From NCBI GenBank assembly GCA_951406725.2, contig OX597843.1, forward strand, positions 13,702,001 through 13,766,000: DNA of 64,000 bases, in the 5' to 3' direction. Within the stretch, counting starts at the first letter, position 1. Each line of letters starts with the position of its first letter. The DNA comes from Octopus vulgaris (Eukaryota). A model generated the notes under the pieces. The model saw nothing but the letters and a program-made list of their open reading frames with translations, searched no databases and was not told where the DNA came from. Shown here piece after piece: positions 26,845 through 41,389 of the stretch. The translations under genes were made by a program, and so were the position numbers.

Positions 26845-27765
26845 ATTGGAGCTACGAGGCATCTTCGGAGGCTAGGTCATGTCAACAGAATGGATCCAGG
26901 ACGGATTCCAAAGGACCTGCTGTACGGACAGCTAGCGGAAGGCTCCAGAACAATGGGACGCCCCAAACTGCGCTTCAAGGATATCTGCAAGAAGGACCTA
27001 AAGCTTATGCCAGATCAACACCCAAACATGGGAATCCACTGCTGCCGACAGAAGTGCCTAGCGACACAGTGCCATAAATTCCACCCCTCAAACATGGGAA
27101 TCCGCTGCTGCCGACAGAAGCGCCTAGCGACACAGTGCCATAAATTCCACCCCCCAAACATGGGAATCCACTGCTGCCGACAGAAGCGCCTAGCGACACA
27201 GTGCCATAAATTCCACCCCCAAACATGGGAATCCACCGCTGCCGACAGAAGTGCCTAGCGACACAGTGCCATAAATTCCACTCCCAAACATGGGAATCCG
27301 CTGCTGCCGACAGAAGCGCCTAGCGACACAGTGCCATAAATTCCACTCCCAAACATGGGAATCTGCCACTGCCGACAGAAGTGCCTAGCGACACAGTGCC
27401 ATAAATTCCACCCCCCAAACATGGGAATCCACCGCTGGCGACACAGTGCCATAAATTCCACCCCCCAAACATGGGAATCCACTGCTGCTGACAGAAGTGC
27501 CTGGCGACCCAGTGTCAAGCACAGTGCCATGACAGCAGAGAACCCGAGGACCACAACTGCCAAACTAAAGAGAACCAGGCAAAAGGAGCAGCAGCAGCAG
27601 CAGCAGCAACCACAGCTCTCGTCCCCTTTTATTTGCACCAGATGTGGTAGAGACTGCCACTCGATGATTGGTCTGCACAGCCACACCAGGAAGGGCAGAT
27701 AAACTCACCACCTTTCCCGAGCTACACCATCGTCTCTCGAGATGGGCGGATGCCAAAGAAGAAGA
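26845..27765 (+). mobile_element. RTE-clade (BovB-like) LINE 3' fragment with an internal tandem expansion
   Basis: LGHVNRMDPGRIPKDLLYGQL..GRPKLRFKD..KKDLK, TWESTAADRSAWR and the C-terminal C2H2 finger CTRCGRDCHSMIGLHSH. Confidence 0.85.
27021..27507 (+). repeat. 65-66 bp minisatellite, about 7.5 copies
   Basis: Unit cccaaacatgggaatccactgctgccgacagaagtgcctagcgacacagtgccataaattccaccc. Confidence 0.92.
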
Positions 27766-28650
27766 TTTTTGGAGCAACAGGGTACATACTGACCCACCTG
27801 GAGCAAAATGTGGAGAGAACCTAAACCCTTAACCCATAACACTACAAATGATCACCAATATCTGGGATGAAAGAAGTCTACCAGAGCTTCTTCCTAAGTT
27901 TGAGACGAACAAAACAAGATACATTCCTTCATACACTTGCAACCATATATGTTTCTTTATTACCCACAAGGAGCTAAACATAGAGGGGACAAACAAGGAC
28001 AGACAAAGGGATTAAGTCGATTACATTGACCCCAGTGTGTAACTGGTACTTAATTTATCGACTCCGAAAGGATGAAAGGCAAAGTCAACCTAAAGACGTA
28101 AAGACAGACGAAATACCTATTTCTTTACTACCCACAAGGGGCTAAACATAGAGGGGACAAACAAGGACAGACAAAGGGATTAAGTCGATTACAATGACCC
28201 CAGTGCGTAACTGGTACTTAATTTATTGACTCCGAAAGGATGAAAGGCAAAGTCGACCCCGGCGGAATTTGAACTCAGAACATAGTGGCGAGTGAAATAC
28301 CGTGAAGCAATTCGCCCGGAGTGCTAATGTCTCTGCCAGCTCGCCACCAAATATGGTGGCTGGCCAAAATTTACTGTAAATTCAAAAGAGGACATCCATA
28401 CATGTGTGCATACATACTTATGCATACATATATGTGTACATACATATACTCTTTTACTCTTTTACTTGTTTCAGTCATTTGACTGCGGCCATGCTGGAGC
28501 ACTGCCTTTAGTCGAGCAAATTGACCCCAGGACTTATTCTTTGTAAGCCCAGTACTTATTCCATCGGTCTCTTTTTGCCGAACCGCTAAGTGACGGGGAC
28601 GTAAACACACCAGCATCTGTTGTCAAACAATGCTAGGGGGACAAACACAG

Positions 28651-28693
<43 letters not shown>

Positions 28694-29303
28694 TACGACA
28701 GGCTTCTTTCAGTTTCCGTCTACCAAATCCACTCACAAGGCCTTGGTCAGCCCGGGGCTATAGCAGAAGACACTTGCTCAAGATGCCACACAGTGGGACT
28801 GAACCTGGAACCATGTGGTTGGTAAGCAAGCTACTTACCACACAGCCACTATTTGTCTGTCTGTGTGTTTGGATACATTGGACAATGTAGCCATTGATGT
28901 ATTATGCTTGGAAAACACACAGGTGCTGGTCATGAGTGGATTGTCTTATGGACAAGAAGAAGAAGAACAACAACAACATCAATTGTTTTGAATCTGTTGA
29001 GTGATGTCATATACATCCTGTTACACTGGAATATCCCAGAGGTTGGTGGTGGTGGTGGTGGTCGAGGGGGGGGTTGTACGAGGGCTTCCTGTAGGTTGTT
29101 GTTATTGTTACGGGGCTATTTTCATCTTTCATTAACACTTAACACTTTTAAGTGGTACTTCTACATGAGTGCAAACACATGTATATGTGAACGCATGTAC
29201 ACACACACATATATACATACATAAATACATATACACATGTAGTACATATACATACACAAATATATTTATGTATATATATACAAATATATATTCATATATA
29301 TAA

Positions 29304-30197
<894 letters not shown>

Positions 30198-30533
30198 TGT
30201 GTGTGTCTGAATATACATTCACACACACACACACACATCGTCCATATATGTACAATCCCTTTGTCCTCGACCTCCAATTAAACACAGAGACTCAACACAC
30301 AAAATAAATAAATTCATTTGTTTCTTTCTTTATTTGTTTATGTAGTTATTTATTTATTTTGCCCAACAAAGGTCAGATGTCTACTGTTGTTTTTCTGTTC
30401 AGGGCACAATGGTCAACACACTCACACACACACACACACATACACACACACACTCACACACTTACACACACACATACACACACTCACACACACTTACACA
30501 CACTCACACACACACACACACACTCACACACAC

Positions 30534-30568
<35 letters not shown>

Positions 30569-31011
30569 CGTTGATGGAAGTTGACCTGTGACCAAGTAAG
30601 ACAACTTCGTAGATCCTTTCACTCTAAGAAACATTTGGTCTCCCTATCATAAATGCTGTCGCGTATGGCCCCTAAGGCCTGCAAGGGACCTACAAGTAAT
30701 TCCACATTGACCACGTACACCTATAGATGTCAAACAACATGAATGAATGCTCAACATCGCATTGGAGGATAAAAATCCTTTGTTAAGAGAACCACTGGTT
30801 TCATGTTCAGGAAATATCTTGTTTTGATCTGTTTTAAGCCTAAATGGAAACAAAACACCAATTTCTCCATATGATCAGCTGGAAAAATTGCAAAGATGTT
30901 TTCTTAACATGAAATCAATGGTAGCCTTAATACACACACAATATGTATGTATATATATATATATATATATATATAAAATCAAAAATAAGCAACAAGAATG
31001 AATCCGGTAAT

Positions 31012-31097
31012 TTAGTACAATTGTTTCATACTACAACATTTTATTAAAAGCTGTAAATATTACAGCAGATTTAAGATGCTGAGTAATCTTCAGCTAA
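31012..31097 (-). ncRNA. Type I hammerhead motif (family B, second copy)
   Basis: TTAG-CTGAAGA-TTACTCAGCAT...ATGTTGTAGTAT-GAAAC-AATT-GTA-CTAA; core intact. Confidence 0.6.
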
Positions 31098-31645
31098 TTT
31101 ATATAGGTTTTCCAATAATATAAAAGTTCTATTCATAAAAGTTCTAATTCTATTCATTTGAATCTATATATATATATATATACCCATACCAGAATGCAAG
31201 GCGGACATTAAACAATGATGATGATGATGATGGTAATGATATATATATATATATATATATATATATTTCATGTTAGGATTAAGTTTGCAAGTTGCAAGAC
31301 GCAACGAAAAATTTAGAAAAAAAAAAGACAAATAAGTAGAAATTTTACCAGTGAGTGTGTTAAATTATAAGGCACCAAAAGAGAATGCATCTCCCCAGAC
31401 ACAACAGAATATATATATAGGGAGAGTTTACGAAAAAAAAACAAAAGATGAAGACAGGTGATGTACAAAACAAACAGATGTATTAGTATAACGCTCAGGA
31501 ATAGAAAAAGTCTTTTATGTTTCGAGCCTATGCTCTTCTACATAAAGGGACACAGAAAAAAACAAGGAGAGAGAAAAAATATGTGTAGTGGCTAACAATC
31601 AATCATGGCGACTATATATATATATAAATATGGCATGGAGTAGAT

Positions 31646-31748
31646 AAGATCTGGGATACATATGTTTCATAGTGAGTGGAACCTCAGAAGTGGTGAATAT
31701 CCAGGCAAGTTGTCTACTGCAGGCTACTCGTCAGGCCGAGGGCATCTT
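31646..31748 (-). ncRNA. Type I hammerhead motif, degenerate stem I
   Basis: AAGAT..CTCGGC-CTGACGA-GTAG...CTAT-GAAAC-ATAT-GTA-TCCCAG-ATCTT. Confidence 0.5.
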
Positions 31749-32799
31749 GATTAAATCAGAGTTTACATTATTCCAAAGAGATATTCGTTAATGCATGGAA
31801 GGTTCAATCAAGAATCTAATTGAATTTTTCCATGTAATCCATGTTTTTTTCAGTCTATGCTAATGGTGTTGTTGATAATTTTTTCCTAACCCTAATTGAT
31901 GAAGTCCCCTTATAGAACCATATTCATAAAAAAGTATAGAATTATATTATCACCCTTAAAATTTGAGAAACAGACACTCATAACTTTTTCCTTTTAAAAC
32001 TTCTTTCTCATTTCAGATATTATGGGACTGTGTTTACATAATATAATTAATTACATTAATTAATACAGATGATGTAATTACACTAATTGCAAATTAGTAC
32101 TGTCGTTGATAATTTTTTCCTTACCTTAGTGACACCGGTAACAGATATTAAAAGTCCCTTTATAGAACTATATTTATAAAAAAGTTTAGAATTATATTAT
32201 CACCCTCAAATTTGAGAAACAAACACTCATAACTTTTTTCTTTTAAAACTTCATTGCATGAGATTGATACCATGACATTCCTTGAATTGAGCTCTATCAT
32301 TTAAGCTTAATTAAAATATAATTTGTTTTTAAAATAAAAAAAGTTAATTATACTTAAATCCAATTTCTTGCCTTATATTTTTTTCATATTTTACCTCACA
32401 AAATTTTTGATACAAATTTTTGTTGCAGGGAACCAAAAGTATAAAATTCTTCAAGCTTTCTTCTATCATTGAAGCTAAAATAAATACATTTTGCTTTTTA
32501 GGTAAAAGTTATTTAGATCTTAACATGACTGGTGGTATTACTTACTCTCCTATAATGTTGCTACAAATTTTGATGTAAACTTTTTTTTTCTACTGGATCA
32601 AATCTCAAATTTTTTTAATGCCAAAATGTAGCTAGGGACCAGTCCTCTTCAGAACTGTTAACAATTTTCAATATGGTTAAGAACTATATTAGTAACAAGC
32701 TCTGAAAGATGCTGCTTGTGAGTAAATTGCGACCTTAAGAATGATATTCAACTATTACCATAACTGAATGAAATATATATGTGTGTGTGTGTGTGTGTA

Positions 32800-33837
32800 T
32801 CTATATATATAAAACTAAGAATGTGTGTCTGTCTGTGTGAATTCCTAAAACTTGAGAACTACACAACCAATTTCATTCAAATTTTACACATGTCTTACTT
32901 ATGGTCCATGTAGTGTCATAGGCCCAAATTTTTTTTAACTCCTTGCCTAGTGCGAGCCCACAGCAATATCATATCTTCTACACTATTTCAGTATTACTGT
33001 CAAAAGTGAAACAAAAACATCCCTCTATTGTTATGTCAGATGCTTTCACTTTAATACTGGGTCACACATAGTCCCCAGATGGTAACATTGATTTCAAGGG
33101 CTTCCCAGATGAGTGACTGGTTATTCAAAGACATTTATAGATTGTAAATTTATTCCATTCAGTTATGTATCAGTATAGTGGTCATTTGCAAACTCCAATT
33201 TTCATTTCTCCTTAGCCCTCACATCACACAGTTGTTAATGTTTATTTCAGTTGGGTCACGCCCTTCCAATTGCTATAGATTCGTAATGCATCTTACGGTT
33301 GTGCCTGTCACCTGGATGGTGAGGAATCCTACATTGGGAGTGGTAACGACTAGTGTAGGGTAGCTGACTGCTTATTGTGATCATTCGTCTTTTGATTTCC
33401 TGTAGCTTTGCTCTCTTTTACAAACCCAGTGAACATATATTTCCTATTTCAAAGAAATTCAAACAATAGATATAAGACCCAAGTTAAAAAGATTCTCAAC
33501 AATTCAACTTCTCTGGTTGACATTAACACATCCACCCCCAATAGGGATGTTAACTCTCACATTTTAGAGCTCCATGACCTCCATTTTTCAGGAGCAAAAT
33601 CCTTTTAATAGGTTCCATAAGACTGGAATTTTGGAATAAGCGCATAAAAATCAGTAGTATGGGATACATGTGGCACGATTACAATTTTTTTAGGGTGTGT
33701 AAAGAGGGAAATAACCCTCATCTGCAATTTTGATGAAATTCAAATCATAGGTATTCCAGTTCAATACAGAAAATATTACAGAAAAGTCTAATTCTTCAAG
33801 TGCATGTGATACGGGCAACGCCAGGTATCTCTGCTAG
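32800..33837 (+). mobile_element. Non-autonomous Helitron
   Basis: 5' TCTATATATATAAAACT; 3' ACGGGCAACGCCAGG hairpin and CTAG (33834-33837); same termini as 2623-2929. Confidence 0.78.
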
Positions 33838-33844
33838 AATATAT

Positions 33845-34492
33845 AAATAGTGATCAATTTGGCTGCTACTTCTAATATTTTCGGTATGTGGTTTTGAGCA
33901 ACTTGTTGCAATTAACCCTTTATTATAATTAATATAATCCTTACCAAATATGGTCTTTTCCATACCGATAAATCTACTAGGTGAAATTTATTAATTTTAT
34001 TAAATTAATTATATTTCACCCTTTTTGCATATTGAATACTATTACTCCCTTACAAGAAACCTGTGAAACTTCGTTTCGTTGGTAATGTTTTTGTAACTCA
34101 CGTGGTAATTTTGGAGGGAAATATGAATTTGCATGTCTGTATAGATGTAGGGGTGCTAGCAATCTGTTAGATCGTTCGATGTCGCTGGTCGAGCTGGTGT
34201 AACGGGTGAGTTTTGTTCCCCTAGCATTTCTAGATTTATAGGAAATATTATATTGACAAGAAAATGAGCCTTCGGTTCTAATCCAGAAATGATTCGTCCA
34301 TAATTAATCCATAGGCTGGGATTTTGTTATTTTCTTTCTTTTTGCCATATACGGGTTACAAATTCTGTTTGTTTGTGGAGACTTTTTTTAATATTAGGAG
34401 AAATAGTGATCAATTTGGCTGCTATTTCTAATATTTTCGGTATGTGGTTTTGAGCAACTTGTTGCAATTAACCCTTTATTATAATTAATATA
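33845..34492. repeat. 92-bp direct repeats flanking a 464-bp unique core
   Basis: 33845-33936 and 34401-34492 differ at one base; flanked by TA-rich sequence. Confidence 0.85.
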
Positions 34493-35308
34493 TATATATA
34501 TATATATATAAATATAAGTAGAAAATAGTCCCAAGCTGAGGAAAAGCTGCCTCATATATTATCTCAGCATTTTTGTTCGTTTCTTTTATGTTCAACTTGT
34601 TTCAGTCATGAAAGTGTGGCCATGCTGGGGCACTGCTTTATAGAATTTCAGGTAAATGAATCAACCCTGGGACTTATTTTTGATTTTTTATGCTCGATTC
34701 TTTTTGTATCGTTTATTATTATTATTATTTTTTTTTTTTTTTTGCTGAATCACTAAGATACAGGGATGTAAACACACCAACTATACATACATAGATACAT
34801 ACACACATACCTACATATATACGCACACATACATATATGCACACACACATACGTACACACACATGCATAAATACATACATACACGACAGGCTTCTTTCAG
34901 TTTCCGTCTACCAAATCCACTCACAAGGCTTTGGTCAGCCTGAGCCGCTCACAAGGCTATTGTAGAAGACACTATGGTGCCATACCGTGGGACTGAACCT
35001 AGAGCTTTGTGGTTGGGAAGCAAGCTTCTTATTTCTTTATTGCCCACAACGGGCTAAACATAGAGGGAACAAACAAGGACAGACAAAGGGATTAAGTCGA
35101 TTACATCGACCCCAGTGCGAAACTGGTACTTAATTTATCGACCCTGAATGGATGAAAGGCAAAGTTGACCTCGGCGGAATTTGAACTCAGAACGTAGCGG
35201 TAGATGAAATACCTCTAAGCATTTCGCCCGGCATGCTAACGTTTCTGCCAGCTCGCTGCCTTCTTACCACACAACCAAGCCTGTGCCCTGTATATGGGAG
35301 GGAGTCAC

Positions 35309-35344
<36 letters not shown>

Positions 35345-38062
35345 GGAATGGTAGTTTGTTGTTAAATGTGTGAGACTGAAATACTTTTAATGAATTTGGG
35401 AGAATAATTGTGTTTTGGAAGTGAGAGCTTTGACCGACATCTTGTGTGTGTTTACATACATCTATATGTATGTGTGTACATGTATAGATATGTGTGTGTG
35501 TGTAAGTGTTTATAAGTGTGTGTGTGTGTGTATGTATGTTAACCTCTGTGTGTGTGTGTGTGTGTGGTAAGTGTTTAAACAATAGACAAAGAGGGAAGTT
35601 GTTATTTTGAAGTGGTCCGTGTGACATCTTTGTGTAAAAAGACCAGCTGTTTATTGAACTAATTGTCTGTAAAGAAATCCCAGCTGCCTGTTGAGGAATA
35701 AAACAAAGGACAAAGAATTTCTGGGATGGTTCTTTGAATGCCTTGCTTGTCCAGCAATGCCTGACTGTTTGATGTTTGCTTTGAATCTTCGGAAATCCTT
35801 GAACATTTGACTGAATTTTATTGGACGAAATGTTTAGGTATTTCATCTGAGTTCAAATTCCGCTGAGGTCGATTTTGCCTTTCATTCTTACCAGTCGATG
35901 CAATCGACTTAATCCCTTTGTCTGTCCTTGTTTATCCTCTCTGTGTTTAGCCCCTTGTGGGTAATAAAGAAATAGGTATTTCGTCTGCCGTTACGTTCTG
36001 AGTTCAAATTCTGCCGAGGTCGATTTTGCCTTTCATCCTTTCGGGGTCAATAAATTAAGTACCACTTGCACACTGGTGTCGATGTAATCGACTTAATCCC
36101 TTTGTCTGTCCTTGTTTGTCCTCTCTGTGTTTAGCCCCTTGTGGGTAGTAAAGAAATTGATATAGGCACAGTTGTGGATGTGTTGTGGTAAGAACTTTGC
36201 TTCTGAACCACAAGGTACTGGGTTCAGTCCACTGTGTGGAACTTTGGGCAAATATAAGGTCTTGGGGGTAGATTTGGTTGACAGAAACTGTATATACATA
36301 TGTGTGTGTGTGTGTGCATGCACGAGCGCACACACACACACACACTCACTCACACACACACACTCACACACACGCACTCACTCACACACACTCACACACA
36401 CACACACACACACACTCACTCACACACACACACACTCACACACACGCACTCACACACACACACTCACTCACACACACACACACACACACACTCACACACA
36501 CACACTCACACACACACACACAGGCGCAAGAGTGTGGCTGTGTGGTAGGAAGTTTACTTCTCAGCCGGACGCTTGAGTTGACCATACTGCTATGTTGTGG
36601 CACCTTGAGTTGACCAGAGCCTTGTGAGTGGATTTAGCTGATGGAAACTGAAGGAAGCCCATTGTGTGCGTGTTTGTGTGACTGTGCTTGTGTCTGCGTT
36701 TGTCCCCACCACTTGGAAACTGGTGTTGGTTTGTTTATGTCCCTAACTTGGTGGTTTTGCAAAAGAGACTGATAGCCACAGGAGTGGCTGTGTGGTAAGT
36801 AGCTTGCTAACCAACCACATGGTTCCGGGTTCAGTCCCACTGCGCGCCATCTTAGGCAAGTGTCTTCTGCTATAGCCCCGGGCTGACCAATGCCTTGTGA
36901 GTGGATTTGGTAGACGGAAACTGAAAGAAGCCTGTCGTATATATATATATATAGGCGCAGGAGTGGCTGTGTGGTAAGTAGCTTGCTTACCAACCACATG
37001 GTTCCGAGTTCAGTCCCACTGCGTGGCATCTTGGGCAAGTGTCTTCTGCTATAGCCCCGGGCCGACCAAAGCCTTGTGAGTAGATTTGGTAGATGGAAAC
37101 TGAAAGAAGACTGTCGTATATATGTATATATATGTGTATGTGTTTGTCCCCCTAGCATTGCTTGACAACCGATGCTGGTGTGTTTACATTGCCGTCACTT
37201 AGCGGTTCGGCAAAAGAGACCAATAGAATAAGTACTGGGCTTACAAAGAATAAGTCCTGGCGTCGAGTTGCTTGACTAAAGGCGGTGCTCCAGCATGGCC
37301 ACAGTCAAATGACAGAAACAAGTAAAAAAAAAAAAAAAAGAATGAGCGCCAGGTTTAAGAAGAGAAAAGACTCTTCAAGGTGCTGCCCCAGCTTGGCCAC
37401 CGTCTAATGACTGAAACAAGTATAAGGATAAAAGATACAGTTGCAAGGTTCAGAGACAACAGTTGGACCCATGCAGTTTCCACGTGGTCCTCAAGGGATC
37501 AGAAAAGGCCACTTGGAAAGGTTCCGTGATGGTGTGAAGACAACATAGTTAAGTGATATGGGTCAATCAGGACAGAATTGGAAGCACATTGTGACCAGTG
37601 GTGTCTAACAGCATTTGATGGCCTGGTCGATACTGCCATACAGTGATATACACACGTAGGGTAACAAAGAGGTTGTAATCTAAGGTGTGACTTTGTTATA
37701 GTTGACCAAAAATTTGTGAATATATACACATGCATATATATATATATATGTGTATATATATATATATATAAATTGAATCAGAGATAAAGCCACTATTAGG
37801 CAAATCAAACAATGAAAAACAAACCAAAACATAAAAATAAAAATAATTAATATAATATACAAAATATATAAAATATAAAATTTAAAAATTTAAATTATTT
37901 ACATTTTAAATTAATTTTAAATTATTTTAAATTATTAATTTATATTTATAAATTTTCATTTTTTAATTTTTTTATTTTTTAATTAATTAATTATTTTTTT
38001 ATTTATTTTATTTTTTAAATTAAATATATATAATTATCAAAAAGTTTAATTTAATATAAGAT

Positions 38063-38094
<32 letters not shown>

Positions 38095-38259
38095 GTATGT
38101 ATATATATGTATATATATGTATGTATATGTATATATATGTATGTGTATGTATATATATGTATGTATGTATATATATATGTATATATATATATATGTATGT
38201 GTATGTATATATATGTATATATATATATATGTATGTGTATGTATATATATGTATATATG

Positions 38260-38309
<50 letters not shown>

Positions 38310-38457
38310 ATTGTGTATAGAAGAATATATTAATAAAAGAATAACCTTGTGTATTTTCACGTTTTATTTACAATCTTATAATGATATATTATAAGATAAT
38401 ATATTATAATTGAATAAAATAAAATGAAATAGTAGAATGTTAAATATTCATTCTGAT

Positions 38458-38502
38458 TGAACTAGTACTTTCATGCATTGAATTCTGCAATCTTCGGGTT
38501 CA
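38458..38502 (-). ncRNA. Compact type I hammerhead-like motif (CCGAAGA core)
   Basis: TGAAC-CCGAAGA-T TGCA GAATTCAA TGCA T-GAAAGTACTA-GTTCA; palindromic AGTACT helix III. Confidence 0.55.
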
Positions 38503-38532
38503 TGTAGTAGTGTTGACAGTCATGCTTCGCAT

Positions 38533-38699
<167 letters not shown>

Positions 38700-38704
38700 A
38701 TATA

Positions 38705-38739
<35 letters not shown>

Positions 38740-38740
38740 A

Positions 38741-38936
<196 letters not shown>

Positions 38937-38937
38937 G

Positions 38938-38978
<41 letters not shown>

Positions 38979-39240
38979 TTCTTTACTACCCACAAGGGGC
39001 TAAACATAGAGGGGACAAACAAGGACAGACAAAGGGATTAAGTCGATTACATCGACCCCAGTGCGAAACTGGTACTTAATTTATCGACCTCGAAAGGATG
39101 AAAGCAAAGTCGACCTCGGCGGAATTTGAACTCAGAGCGTAACGACAGACGAAATACGGCTACGCATTTCGCCCGTGTGCTAACGTGTCTGCCAGCTCGC
39201 CGCCTTAATATATATATATGTATATATATATATATGTATA

Positions 39241-39312
<72 letters not shown>

Positions 39313-39363
39313 GTATATATATATGTATATATATGTATATATATATATATGTATATGTATATA

Positions 39364-39452
<89 letters not shown>

Positions 39453-39934
39453 GTATGTATGTATATATATGTATGTATGTATATATATGTATGTATGTAT
39501 ATATATGTATGTATGTATGTATATGTATGTATGTATATGTATGTATGTATGTATATGTATGTATGTATGTATATGTATGTATGTATGTATATGTATGTAT
39601 GTATGTGTATGTATGTATGTATGTATGTATATGTATGTATGTATATGTATGTATGTATGTATATGTATATATATGTATATATATATATGTATGTATATAT
39701 GTATGTATGTATATATATGTATGTATGTATATATATGTATGTATGTATATGTATGTATGTATGTATGTGTATGTATGTATGTATGTGTATGTATGTATGT
39801 GTATGTATGTATGTATGTGTATGTATGTATATATATATGTATGTATATATGTATGTATGTATATATGTATATATGTATGTATATATATATGTATGTATAT
39901 ATATATGTATGTATATATGTATGTATGTATATAT

Positions 39935-39967
<33 letters not shown>

Positions 39968-39974
<7 letters not shown>

Positions 39975-40405
39975 TAAGTATAGGAAAGAATGGAGCTGAA
40001 CGAAGATTTAACAAAATTCCTTTATTTTATTTTCGACATATGTTTCGAAGTCTGCAAAGTCCCTAATTCCGATTGAATAAGGAGTCCATTTTGCAGCTTT
40101 CTCTTCAAGAAAATCCAGGAACTTAATTCTCCAACAAAATGCACAACAAGCTTTTCGACAAACGCTCACGAGGAGCCCATGAGATTAATTTCATGGGCTC
40201 CTCGTGAGCGTTTGTCGAAAAGCTTGTTGTGCATTTTGTTGGAGAATTAAGTTCCTGGATTTTCCTGAAGAGAAAGCTGCAAAATGGACTCCTTATTCAA
40301 TCGGAATTAGGGACTTTGCAGACTTCGAAACATATGTCGAAAATAAAATAAAGGAATTTTGTTAAATCTTCGTTCAGCTCCATTCTTTCCTATACTTAAT
40401 ATATA
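39968..40405. repeat. Near-perfect palindrome (219-bp arms, no spacer) of a Penelope-like repeat
   Basis: Centre at 40186/40187. The arms differ only at 40108/40265 and at 40183/40190 next to the apex. Confidence 0.95.
40259..40344 (+). ncRNA. Type I hammerhead ribozyme with canonical core
   Basis: Stem I ATTTTC/GAAAAT, CTGAAGA (40265-71), stem II GAA-AG-CTGCAAA/TTTGCAG-AC-TTC, GAAA, C-ATAT-G helix III, GUC cleavage triplet (after 40338). Confidence 0.75.
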
Positions 40406-40695
40406 AAACTTCAAATTTCCGCACTAAGGCATGGATTTTATGCCCCATGTTCGTAACTTCAACCGTGCTCTTTCTGTTGGGATTTTTGCTACCCAGGTAT
40501 CGGTTATCATTTGAATTATCCGTAATAAGATAATTCATTTATCTACTTCAATAATTATGTATGTATATATATATATATATATATGTATGTATATATATAT
40601 GTATGTATATATATATATGTATGTATATATATATGTATATATATATATATGTATATATATATATACATGTATGTATATATATATGTATGTATATA

Positions 40696-40734
<39 letters not shown>

Positions 40735-41389
40735 ATATGTATGTATATATATATATGTATGTATATATATATGTATGTATAAATACACACACACACACAC
40801 ATATTATCATCATCATTCAACTTCCACTTTCCATGCTGGCATGGGTTGGATGGTTTGACTGAAACCTGGAAAGCTGGGGAGCTGCACCAGGTTCCAATCT
40901 GATTTGGTACGGTTTCTACAGCTGGATGTCTTTCCTAATGCCAACCACTCCAAGAGTGTAGTGAGTGCTCTTTAATGTGTCACTGGCACAGGTGCCAGTT
41001 ACGTAATGCCAGCACCACCCACGACCCGGATCTCACTTGGCTTCACAGGTCTTCTCAAGCATTGTATATTGCCAAAGGTCTCGGTCACTTGTCACTGTCT
41101 CTGTGAGGCCCAATGTTCAAAGGGTGCCATACACACATATTTATCAATTCGTTTTGGAAGATTCCTGATGTGAAACTGTGTGTTGAAACAGATATTGTTG
41201 TATTTCAGGATGACCATTTTTTTGTTTTTCTTTTCTGCAAATAAACACTTCTAAGGAAACTGATCTTAGAAGAACAGAATGGAGTAAGTGGAGAAAGATG
41301 AAAATGAAAAGTGTTGCTGAAGAGGTCACAGATGTGTATGAAAGATTTCCAGGCAATGGACAAGAGTTCAAATAAGAACAGTAATAAAC

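Noticed and set aside
27021-27507. Possible CRISPR array or Cys-rich repeat protein
   Set aside because: No spacers; the unit derives from LINE ORF sequence and shifts frame between copies.
31870-32250. Diverged direct duplication of about 140 bp
   Set aside because: Probably internal to a decayed DNA transposon; no termini or function supportable.
35187-35846. 219-aa ORF on the minus strand
   Set aside because: Patchwork of SINE, (CA)n and unique sequence with no recognisable domain or splice support.
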